Of a DNA stretch of 32,000 nt, positions 11,673 to 20,257 are shown piece after piece (within the stretch, counting starts at the first letter, position 1; every line of letters starts with the position of its first letter). The notes beneath the pieces were generated by a model. It saw only the letters and a list, made by a program, of their open reading frames with translations, ran no database searches and was not told where the DNA came from. This DNA comes from a cyanobacterium endosymbiont of Epithemia turgida isolate EtSB Lake Yunoko (GTDB lineage: Bacteria; Cyanobacteriota; Cyanobacteriia; Cyanobacteriales; Microcystaceae), in assembly GCF_000829235.1 (NCBI RefSeq), contig NZ_AP012549.1, positions 2,730,001-2,762,000 of the forward strand. Direction: 5' to 3'. The translations under genes and the position numbers were made by a program.

Positions 11673-14291
11673 CTATTCACTTATGATCATATCAGACAAA
11701 CATTTAAACGTCAGTTTTTCATTTTCTAAATCTACAAAAATAGTATCTCCTGCTTTAAATTCTTCCCGTAAAATTGACTTAGCTATCGCAGTTTCTAAAT
11801 ATTTTTTTATTGCTCGTTTTAATGGTCTTGCCCCATACACTGGGTCGTAGCCTATTTCTGTTAGAAAATCTAAAGCTAATTCCGATAGCTTTAGGTTAAT
11901 TTTTTGCTCAGCTAATCGTGTTTTTAATAACTGAATCTGGATGTCAACGATTTTTTGTAATTGATACTTTTGCAATCCGTGGAAGATAATGATTTCATCG
12001 ATACGATTAAGAAATTCAGGACGAAAACTATTAGACATTGCATCCATCACACGAGAACGCATTTCCTTATAAAAAGAATCATCTCCAGCTACATCTAAGA
12101 TGTATTGCGATCCAATATTACTGGTCATGATAATAATGGTATTCTTGAAATCTACCACATGACCTTGAGCGTCAGTTAATCGCCCATCATCGAGAATTTG
12201 TAACATGAGATTAAAAACATCGTTATGGGCTTTCTCGATTTCATCAAACAAAATTACAGAGTAAGGACGACGGCGAATAGCTTCTGTTAATTGTCCCCCT
12301 TCATCATAGCCAACATACCCCGGAGGCGCACCCATTAAACGGGATACTGTATGTTTCTCCATATATTCAGACATATCGATACGAACTAAGGCTTCTTCCG
12401 TATCAAAAAGATTCTCGGCTAATGCCTTAGCTAATTCAGTCTTACCGACCCCTGTAGGACCAAGAAAAATAAAACTTGCAGTAGGGCGACTAGGATCAGA
12501 AAGTCCAGCGCGAGAACGTTGAATAGCTTCTGAAACAGCAGTTACAGCCTCTTCTTGTCCAATCAATCGTTTATGGATTTCATCTTCTAAATAAAGTAAT
12601 TTTTCTTTCTCTGATTCTACCAACTTGCTAATAGGAATTCCTGTCCATTTAGAAATAATCTCAGCAATATCTGATTCTAAAACTTCTTCCCGTAATAAAG
12701 TTTTTCCAGTAGTTTGACGTTCTGCAATTTTTATTTCAAGTTCCTTAATCTGTTGCTGTAAATCTATTAGTTTTCCATATCGCAGTTCTGCTGCTTTATT
12801 AAGGTCATAATCTCGCTCTGCTTGTTGAATTTCTAAGTTTATTTGGTCGATAGTTTCTTTTGTTTGACTAATTTCATCAATAGCTTCTTTTTCTAATTGC
12901 CATTGAGCATTAAGTTGTGACTGTTCTTCTTTTAACTCTACAAGTTCTTTATCAAGTTTTTCCAACCTTTCTAGAGAAACAGTATCTACTTCTTTGTGTA
13001 AGGATAATCGTTCCATTTCTAACTGAATAACTTTGCGATCTACTTCATCTAATTCCTCGGGTTTAGAAGTAATTTCTATCTTTAATTTAGCGGCTGACTC
13101 ATCTACTAGGTCAATAGCTTTATCTGGTAAAAAACGATCACTAATATAACGGTTAGATAACATGGCCGCAGCAACCAAAGCAGTATCGGCAATTTTGACC
13201 CCGTGATGGACTTCATAACGTTCTTTCAGTCCCCGTAAAATAGAGATAGTATCGACTACATTTGGTTCATTAACTATGACCTCTTGAAAACGCCGTTCTA
13301 AAGCAGCGTCTTTTTCGATATACTTACGATATTCATCGAGGGTTGTTGCCCCAATACAGCGCAATTGTCCACGTGCTAACTTAGGTTTTAAGAGGTTCCC
13401 TGCATCCATAGCTCCTTGAGTTGCTCCCGCTCCAACAACGGTGTGAATTTCGTCAATGAACATGATAATCTCCCCTTGAGAATCTGTAACTTCTTTGAGA
13501 ACTGCTTTAAGACGTTCTTCAAATTCTCCACGGTATTTTGCCCCGGCAATTAATGCTCCCATGTCCAAGGCAATTAACTTTCGATCTCGTAAAGATTCAG
13601 GGACATCACGGCTAATAATTCGTTGTGCCAACCCTTCAACGATAGCAGTTTTACCAACTCCAGGTTCCCCAATTAAGACAGGGTTATTTTTAGTTCTACG
13701 AGAAAGAATTTGAATAGTTCGACGGATTTCATCATCTCTTCCAATAACAGGATCGAGTTTACCTTCTCGCGCTAATTGAGTTAAATCTCGACCATATTTT
13801 TTTAACGATTCGTATGTCTCTTCAGGGTTTTGGCTAGTCACTTTTTGAGTTCCTCTGACTTGTTGAATAATCTTTTTTAATTGAGCTTCATTGAGACCAA
13901 ATTCTTGTAGTAAATCTTGACCGAAACGGTCATCTTTAACATAGGCTAACAACAAATGCTCAACAGAAATATAATCATCTCCAAAGTCTTTACGAAATTG
14001 TTCAGACCTGTCAAGAAGACTATCTAGACTCCGTCCTAAGTAAATAGACTTACCAAGGTTAGATACTTTGGGTTGACGATTGATAAATTCTTCGATTCGG
14101 TCTTGCAGATGTTGAATACTAATATCCGCTTTATTAAAGATGTTGGTAGCTAAACCTTCTAGTTCTAAAAGAGATGCCATCAGGTGTTCACTTTCAATTT
14201 GTTGATGACTATGTTGTTTAGCAATATCGGGAGTTCGGACAATAGCCTCCCATGCCTTTTCAGTAAATTGATTAGGATTAGTCGGTTGCAT
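11673..14291 (-). CDS. clpB: ATP-dependent chaperone/disaggregase ClpB
   Basis: 872 aa with N-terminal Clp repeats. There are two AAA+ modules (Walker A GEPGVGKT and GPTGVGKT). A long coiled-coil middle domain sits between them, which is typical of ClpB. Confidence 0.95.
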   Translation of the reverse strand: MQPTNPNQFTEKAWEAIVRTPDIAKQHSHQQIESEHLMASLLELEGLATNIFNKADISIQHLQDRIEEFINRQPKVSNLGKSIYLGRSLDSLLDRSEQFRKDFGDDYISVEHLLLAYVKDDRFGQDLLQEFGLNEAQLKKIIQQVRGTQKVTSQNPEETYESLKKYGRDLTQLAREGKLDPVIGRDDEIRRTIQILSRRTKNNPVLIGEPGVGKTAIVEGLAQRIISRDVPESLRDRKLIALDMGALIAGAKYRGEFEERLKAVLKEVTDSQGEIIMFIDEIHTVVGAGATQGAMDAGNLLKPKLARGQLRCIGATTLDEYRKYIEKDAALERRFQEVIVNEPNVVDTISILRGLKERYEVHHGVKIADTALVAAAMLSNRYISDRFLPDKAIDLVDESAAKLKIEITSKPEELDEVDRKVIQLEMERLSLHKEVDTVSLERLEKLDKELVELKEEQSQLNAQWQLEKEAIDEISQTKETIDQINLEIQQAERDYDLNKAAELRYGKLIDLQQQIKELEIKIAERQTTGKTLLREEVLESDIAEIISKWTGIPISKLVESEKEKLLYLEDEIHKRLIGQEEAVTAVSEAIQRSRAGLSDPSRPTASFIFLGPTGVGKTELAKALAENLFDTEEALVRIDMSEYMEKHTVSRLMGAPPGYVGYDEGGQLTEAIRRRPYSVILFDEIEKAHNDVFNLMLQILDDGRLTDAQGHVVDFKNTIIIMTSNIGSQYILDVAGDDSFYKEMRSRVMDAMSNSFRPEFLNRIDEIIIFHGLQKYQLQKIVDIQIQLLKTRLAEQKINLKLSELALDFLTEIGYDPVYGARPLKRAIKKYLETAIAKSILREEFKAGDTIFVDLENEKLTFKCLSDMIISE

Positions 14292-14699
14292 TGTTTAGGA
14301 ATAAGTGTAGTAAAGTCATATAAAACATTGTAAATATGATAAATTTTTAGGTTAAGACGGTTAACCCTACTATTTATGGTTGGGTTTGTATAAGCGATAT
14401 GTTAACAAAAAATTAACTTTTAAACAGGGGAAGCAATTAGCTGATTTTTTAAGGAGGGATATTCATATATTTTATATATAAAATAATTTAAAGAGCCACA
14501 AAAGATAAAATGTCTAAGGTTTTGGAGAAAAAATATTAAAAAAGACATAAAAAATGTATTAAAGTAACTAGTTTTTAAAGATAAGAGAATTTTAAATAAA
14601 AATAAAAGTAAAAATAGTAGTTTATTCTGAATTAGTTATTTTAATAATAAACTTTTTCTAAGAAAACAATTTATTTTACTTCAAAATAAATAAAATTGG

Positions 14700-15018
14700 A
14701 CTAAAAAAGTATAAATTAAAGTAGGTTTATAGAACATCATCGATTATATTAAAAATTGACTAAATTAAAAACGAAGTTAGAATATTTTTTTAGTAAAGCC
14801 TAGATCAAGTATTAAGATTAGTAAAATAGGCTGATTGGTATTAAAAATTTTATTACTTGCACCTAATTGTGGAATAATCAGGTGTTAAGTTGGAGTAATT
14901 ATTTTCTATTCTTACTCAAAGGACAACTAAATAGATAGGAAAAAGTATTAACAATACATTAAAGCTTATTAATAGGAGAGCTTATGTATTTATAAATCTT
15001 GTATTTTTAAATTTTTAA
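14700..15018 (+). mobile_element. Decayed, 5'-truncated ISL3-type transposase relic, copy C
   Basis: Nt 14938-15018 translate to GKSINNTLKLINRRAYVFINLVFLNF*. They align base-for-base with copy B (EGINNKFEVDKKRAYGLRKFVNFKL*). The upstream stretch acctaattgtggaataatcaggtgtt matches copy B aaacctgtgggatggttatatgttg, and another anchor lies near 14711-14750. clpB starts at 14291, so at most ~730 nt can remain. Confidence 0.5.
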
Positions 15019-15213
15019 AATTTAAAATTTAGCATATAATTAGTTAATTTTATATCCTAAATCAGGTGTAACCATTTATTTAAAATTTATGAAAATTATA
15101 TTAATTTTAAAAAATAAATTAGTTTGACTAAAAATTTTATTATTGGTTTTGTAAAAATATTTTTGTGACTATTAATTTATTATCAGATTTTTAAATTATT
15201 CGACTTATTTTAA

Positions 15214-15420
15214 TTAACGGCTAAATTTTTGAGCTTGAGCAACCAGTCCGGCACTTACATAACGTCCATAATTATCGAGACGATTTTGTTGAGCAGCACG
15301 AAAAGGAGATACAAAAGTATCAACTAAGCCAGAACTCATTATCATGACAGTAGTCGCGAGAATGATATAGTTACGAATAACGATAACGTTTTCGTTAACA
15401 GTAGTTGTTTTGCTAAACAT
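15214..15420 (-). CDS. Hypothetical small protein (68 aa) with one hydrophobic segment
   Basis: AAGGAG lies 10 nt upstream of the ATG (minus strand accaaggagtaaccaccaagATG). G+C is visibly higher than in the surrounding AT-rich tract. There is a predicted TM stretch YIILATTVMIMSSGLV. I recognise no family. Confidence 0.45.
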   Translation of the reverse strand: MFSKTTTVNENVIVIRNYIILATTVMIMSSGLVDTFVSPFRAAQQNRLDNYGRYVSAGLVAQAQKFSR

Positions 15421-15501
15421 CTTGGTGGTTACTCCTTGGTATGGACGCCTTTACTATATAGGAAACAAATTGGTGATGTCAGTCCCAAAACCCTAGATAT
15501 C

Positions 15502-15531
15502 AGGGGTCGTAGTCGTGCCCCTTTTCTTTTT
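15502..15531 (+). terminator. Intrinsic-terminator-like hairpin plus T-tract with no intact upstream gene
   Basis: The sequence is aggggtcg-tagt-cgtgcccct followed by ttttcttttt. The stem has GGGG/CCCC plus G-U and two further pairs. The G-U pair becomes C-A on the minus strand, so the structure is better on the + strand. Confidence 0.35.
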
Positions 15532-15684
15532 AGAAGTGGAATTAAGTAGAAATTTTTCCATCCTTAATATAATTACCCTACCTACATAGGGGGTTTTAGA
15601 AGTCTCCTATTGACAAAGAGTATTCAAGATTAAGGCATCGCTGTCATTGGAGCAGTACGTACTACTATACTGATTTAATATGAG

Positions 15685-16323
15685 ATGACTATGAAATCAT
15701 TGTTTATTGTATTAGAAGGAATTGACAAGGCAGGGAAGTCGACTCAAGCAGAATTATTAAAAAACTATTTTCTTGCTCACCAACAGCAAGCTGTTATTAG
15801 CTCTGAACCTACTGATGGGCCAATTGGTAGATTAATTCGTGAAGCTATGCAAAGTAAAATCATTGCCATTAAACAGAAAGAAAGCTTTGATGAACAAATG
15901 GCTTATTTATTTACTGCCGACAGGCATTATCATTTATTTAATGACATCAATGGAGTTTATAAATTAATTAATAAAGACCATACTCATGTCGTAGCAACCC
16001 GTTATTATTTTTCATCTTTAGCTTATAATTGCAATACTAAAAAAAAATTTACTTTTGTAGCAACATTGAACCAAGAATTTCCTGATCCTGATGTGGTTTT
16101 TTATATCGATATTCCATTAAAAATAGCTTTGTCTAGACTAAGTAATTCTTCTGCCAAAGAAATATATGAGACAGCAAAAAAACTTAGAAAAGTTAGACAT
16201 AACTACGAAAATATTTTTAAAACTTATGAAGGGAAAATATTTAAAGTAGATGGAACTGAATCTATAGAAGCAATACATAAGAAGATTTTAACTTATCTTC
16301 AAGAAACTTTTAATTTTTATTAA
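15685..16323 (+). CDS. Thymidylate kinase-like P-loop kinase (divergent dTMP kinase family)
   Basis: 212 aa. The P-loop is LEGIDKAGKST (family G-x-D-G-x-GK-S/T-T). It also has SEPTDGPIG, FTADRHYH and VVATRYYFSSLAYN. The last corresponds to the D-R-Y/H...S..AY segment but reads TRY. A lid/C-terminal KVRHNYE-like segment is present. Confidence 0.7.
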   Translation: MTMKSLFIVLEGIDKAGKSTQAELLKNYFLAHQQQAVISSEPTDGPIGRLIREAMQSKIIAIKQKESFDEQMAYLFTADRHYHLFNDINGVYKLINKDHTHVVATRYYFSSLAYNCNTKKKFTFVATLNQEFPDPDVVFYIDIPLKIALSRLSNSSAKEIYETAKKLRKVRHNYENIFKTYEGKIFKVDGTESIEAIHKKILTYLQETFNFY

Positions 16324-16365
16324 ACCCTAATGTTATATAAAACTGAAATAATGTAGAATCAACTA

Positions 16366-17700
16366 GTGACGTGCAAAAACAAAACACTTTAAAGTTTAAA
16401 ATTCACAAATTTTCTAAGTCCATAAGCTCTCTTTTTGTCAACCTCAAATTTATTGTTAATACCTTCTATTTTTTCTGCAAGATAGATAATATTTTTTTCA
16501 ATGCAACATATAACCATCCCACAGGTTTTTAGCTATGATAAATAAGTTTTAAAATTCTAAAGCTAGTTTCAATATTCCTGATAACTATTTTTCGGTGTTT
16601 TAAAAACTTGTTCTATATTACTGTAGTTTTAAAATAACTAACGAGGTGTTATATACTTAGTTTGACTTAGCTTTTTATTATTTTTTTGAGTTATTATTAA
16701 TTAATATATGTTTGTTGTTATTTACCATTAATTTATTATCAATACTAAATTTTTAACTATTATTTTTAAGCTCTTTATTTTGTATTTAAATTATTTTTCG
16801 TTAAGTACCCAATTGAGCATTTACTTGTTTCATTCAATGGAATAAATTTGTTGCTACTTCAACTTATGATATTGATTGATAATTTTTTTAAAAAAAAATT
16901 TTTAAAATCTATATTGCTATTTTTAATTTTAGTAAAAATATGTTTTCAAAAAACGTTTAGCTATTCGTTGTCTCTATTTTTTTATTTCTATAATTATTAC
17001 ACTGACTTTTAACACAAAAGAATAACTTTTGGGGTTTTAAAAACGGTATTTTTATTAAAAATTTACTATTTTTGTAGGTTTTTGAAAAACCTACAATTCT
17101 TTATCTAATCTAAATTGTAGAGTATCATCTCTATTTTTTCTTAAATTACTTTATTATTTTTATTTATATTCTTAATGTTACTAGGTAAGAATATTTTAAA
17201 GATTATGGCTTTAATTTTTTTAGTATCTATCTTAAAAATAACAGTTAAAATTTACTGCAAATTTATTTACGTATTGATTGTATCTAATTTAATAATAATC
17301 TTTTTCAAGATAAATAGATTATATATCAAAGATAATTTCATAGTAATTAAAGTGATTAATTTTTGATTAACATATTTTTTCACTAGTTAAATACAATAAA
17401 TATAAGTTGCTGTTAATTTTAATTATCACCCATTTTTTAGATCTAAAAAATGGGTGATAAATGGTTAAGTTTTATAAATTTAGAGTCTCATTTATTAAGC
17501 CGAGTTAAATATCTAATATTATAGATATAAGTTAAATCAGGGTGCTAATCTTAACATAATTTAACTTCAAAATAAACATTAATAGAGTATTAGATGTATA
17601 ATAATTACAGCTTTTTAGAAGGCGATTGTTGATATTCAAACTTTGTATCCATGTTGTAACTTTTTACATAAAAGGTTCGCTAAAACCAAGTTAATTATAA
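16366..17700 (-). mobile_element. Decayed ISL3-family transposase gene, relic copy B, filling the tmk-like / thyA-like spacer
   Basis: Minus-strand translation ending at the stop 16391-16389 reads LKTCGMVICCIEKNIIYLAEKIEGINNKFEVDKKRAYGLRKFVNFKL*. The final 36 codons have no stop, so this is the best preserved of the copies. It is homologous to copy A at two anchors. The 1388-bp spacer matches the size of a full ISL3 element, but the ends are not defined. Confidence 0.55.
17423..17460. repeat. Perfect 38-bp palindrome ttatcacccattttttAGATCTaaaaaatgggtgataa
   Basis: The reverse complement is identical to the sequence, checked base by base. It is centred on AGATCT, lies inside IS relic B and sits 252 nt upstream of the thyA-like ATG. 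Confidence 0.9.
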
Positions 17701-17711
17701 GTAATTAATTC

Positions 17712-19220
17712 ATGAGAATCACTCAATCAAAATATCAAGTTGAATATATTCCTCATTATCAACCTAATCAACTGATCTGTGGTCATGGACAGACTGCTAT
17801 CATTACTGGATGGACAGTTCGACAGTCAGTAGCTAAACGTTTAAACCCAGAAGACTATGCAGTTATTGGTAATTTATATAGTCCTACTAGGGGAATTAGT
17901 CCCTTAATTCGTAATTTGTTAGCTAACCCTCATGTCCGATATTTAGTGATTTTACAGGCAACAAAAGAAGATAAAAATTCTGGAGGATGTCAATGTTTAT
18001 TAGATTTCTTACAACAAGGTTTTAGACAAGGAATCAGCGATATAGGCAGAAATATATGGGTAGTCAATTCGAAGATAACTGGATATATTGACATTGAAAT
18101 TCCTGCTGATGTCTCAGAGAATTTGCGTCAATCTTTAAAATTCAAAGAAGCAAAATCAATTGAAGAAGTAATGAATATAATAAAAGAATTTAATCAATTT
18201 AAAATAGAACCTTGGGGTGAACCGTTAACTTTTCCTGAAAGAAAAAGTTCTCCAACAGTTTTACCAGGTCCTAGATATGGCCATCGGATTGAAGGAAAAA
18301 CTATTGCAGAAACCTGGGTTAAAGTATTACATAGAATTAAAACAATAGGAACAATTAGACAGACAATCTATGGACAATGGCAAGAATTAATTGATCTAAT
18401 AGCTATTGTTACCGATGAACCACCAGAGTTTTATTTTCCTGAGCCTAATTATTTACCTATTAAAAGAAATTATCTCAAAGATTATATTGAACAAATATTA
18501 GACGATGCACCCAAAAAAGAAGGAGTAAAATATACATACGGACAACGGTTAAGATCATGGTTTGGACAAGACCAAATTGAACAACTAATTAATAAATTGG
18601 CAGGAGATATTGATTCATCAAGAGCCGTAATGTCATTGTGGGATGTAAACGATTATGAAGATAGTGATAGTCCTCCTTGTCTTAATCATATTTGGGTGAG
18701 AATTGTTGATAAAGAATTATCTTTAACTGCTACATTTCGTAGTAATGATATGTTTTCTGCTTGGCCATCTAATGCAATGGGATTAAGATTTTTGCAGCAA
18801 TTTATCCAAGATAAAATTATCACAAAATCCAATTATAGTCTTACTTTAGGACCTCTAATTATTATTAGTCAAAGTGCACATATTTATAGTGACTGCTGGG
18901 AACATACACAACAAATTATTGATACTGAATATACAAAAATAAATCAGAGACAAAATTTTAATGACCCCAGTGGCAACTTTGTGATTTCGGTAAAAGATAA
19001 TCGTATTGTTGTTGAACATTTAACTCCAGGTTCAGGAGAAATTATCAACTGTTATTCAGGTAAACTTGCTCATAAACTGTATAAAAAAATTGCCTTAAAT
19101 TCCCCTAGTATTCACATTGAACATGCGATGTACTTAGGGAAAGAATTACAAAAAGCAGAATTATGTCTAGTTAAGAAATTAAATTGTTACCAACAAGATC
19201 TACCATTAAATTTTTCATAA
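17712..19220 (+). CDS. Three-domain thymidylate-synthase-like protein: MtrA-like N-domain + ThyA-like core + DUF4346-like C-domain
   Basis: 502 aa. Residues ~25-105 (AIITGW...AVIGNLYSPTRGISPLIRNLLANPHVRYLVIL...LLDFLQQG) follow the MtrA pattern (AVITCG...[32 protein letters not shown]...). The core has YGQRLR (276-281), SPPCLNH with Cys323 (nt 18678-18680), RSND (343-346), Asn354 exactly 11 residues after the Arg as in E. coli R166/N177, and SAHIY (388-392). The C-terminus DPSGNFVISV...HAMYLGKELQKAE resembles DUF4346. Domain names are from memory, not from an HMM run. Confidence 0.8.
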   Translation: MRITQSKYQVEYIPHYQPNQLICGHGQTAIITGWTVRQSVAKRLNPEDYAVIGNLYSPTRGISPLIRNLLANPHVRYLVILQATKEDKNSGGCQCLLDFLQQGFRQGISDIGRNIWVVNSKITGYIDIEIPADVSENLRQSLKFKEAKSIEEVMNIIKEFNQFKIEPWGEPLTFPERKSSPTVLPGPRYGHRIEGKTIAETWVKVLHRIKTIGTIRQTIYGQWQELIDLIAIVTDEPPEFYFPEPNYLPIKRNYLKDYIEQILDDAPKKEGVKYTYGQRLRSWFGQDQIEQLINKLAGDIDSSRAVMSLWDVNDYEDSDSPPCLNHIWVRIVDKELSLTATFRSNDMFSAWPSNAMGLRFLQQFIQDKIITKSNYSLTLGPLIIISQSAHIYSDCWEHTQQIIDTEYTKINQRQNFNDPSGNFVISVKDNRIVVEHLTPGSGEIINCYSGKLAHKLYKKIALNSPSIHIEHAMYLGKELQKAELCLVKKLNCYQQDLPLNFS

Positions 19221-19711
19221 ATAAAGGTGCATTATACTCTTATTTTTATAAGAAAATATAATAGACCTTGAACAAATAAGTGAAAGTTACATAGAATTAA
19301 TTGATATTCTTTGTTAGATATATGTTATCTGAATAAACTAAAGTAATAAAAAAGTCAAAGATTTTTTTCAGTAACTTATAGTAAATACTAGTGTGCTCTT
19401 TTTAAAAAAGTGGTTAGAATAAATGTGCAAATAATTAGAAATATTCTGTCCTTAAGTATTTGCTTGAATGTGATTTGATAAATTTTAGAAAATAGTTTAG
19501 TTTTAAAAACTCACCTTTAAGTCTCGATAAGACTATTGGATTGTCAAAAAATACATTAAGAGGAAAGAATTATGTACTTTTTAAAATAGGTTTTAAAATT
19601 TTTCCTTGTATTCTGATAATAGAATTATAACCTCTAATTTTTTGATCAAAAAATTAACTATTTATTCTTTTTGACAATGATTATCATAAGGGATAAAGAC
19701 ATCTATAAAAA

Positions 19712-20161
19712 ATGAAAAGCAAACGTGAGTATATGAAACTTAAAATTATAAAATTAAGAGAACAAGCAGTGATTCCTAGATATGAACATAACAATGATTC
19801 AGGTCTTGATTTAATTTCTATAGAAGATGTAGAAATTGAATCAGGAGAAAGTCGATTAGTTAAAATAGGGATTTCTATTGAATTACCTCCAAATACTGAG
19901 GCACAAATACGTCCCAGAAGTGGATTAGCATTAAAGCATAAAATCACTGTTTTAAATACGCCAGGGACTATCGATGAGGGATATCGAGGAGAGATTGGAG
20001 TTATCTTAATTAATCATGGAAAAACATCTTTTCAAGTAAGACAGGGAATGAGAATTGCTCAAATGGTTATTGCTCCAGTAATTCGAGTTACTCTTGAAGA
20101 AGTAGATTATTTGAGTGGTACAACCAGAGGACCTAGAGGATTTGGCTCAACTGGTTTTTAA
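19712..20161 (+). CDS. dut: dUTP diphosphatase (trimeric dUTPase)
   Basis: It has all five dUTPase motifs: [29 protein letters not shown] and [10 protein letters not shown]. The true start may be the second Met (MKLKIIKL, nt 19733). Confidence 0.9.
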   Translation: MKSKREYMKLKIIKLREQAVIPRYEHNNDSGLDLISIEDVEIESGESRLVKIGISIELPPNTEAQIRPRSGLALKHKITVLNTPGTIDEGYRGEIGVILINHGKTSFQVRQGMRIAQMVIAPVIRVTLEEVDYLSGTTRGPRGFGSTGF

Positions 20162-20257
20162 TTTATTTTCTATGTAATTAAAATTAATAAATAATTCCTA
20201 GAATAAGAATTCCTAAAACAAAAAAACTAATTATACAAAATAAATACAGAATAGCTA

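Noticed and set aside
13495-13713. 72-aa + strand ORF inside clpB
   Set aside because: It is an antisense shadow of the first AAA+ module of clpB.
17073-17095. tgtaggtttttgaaaaacctaca near-palindrome
   Set aside because: It is short and made of A/T runs in AT-rich DNA, so it is well within chance expectation.
17175-17366. 63-aa + strand ORF (MLLGKNILKIMALIFLVSILK...)
   Set aside because: It is an Ile/Leu/Lys/Phe/Asn-rich product of ~15% G+C DNA. It lies inside IS relic B on the strand opposite the transposase remnant, so it is a chance ORF in AT-rich sequence.
19684-19947. 87-aa minus-strand ORF overlapping the dut 5' region
   Set aside because: It is antisense to dut, whose five dUTPase motifs fix the real frame.
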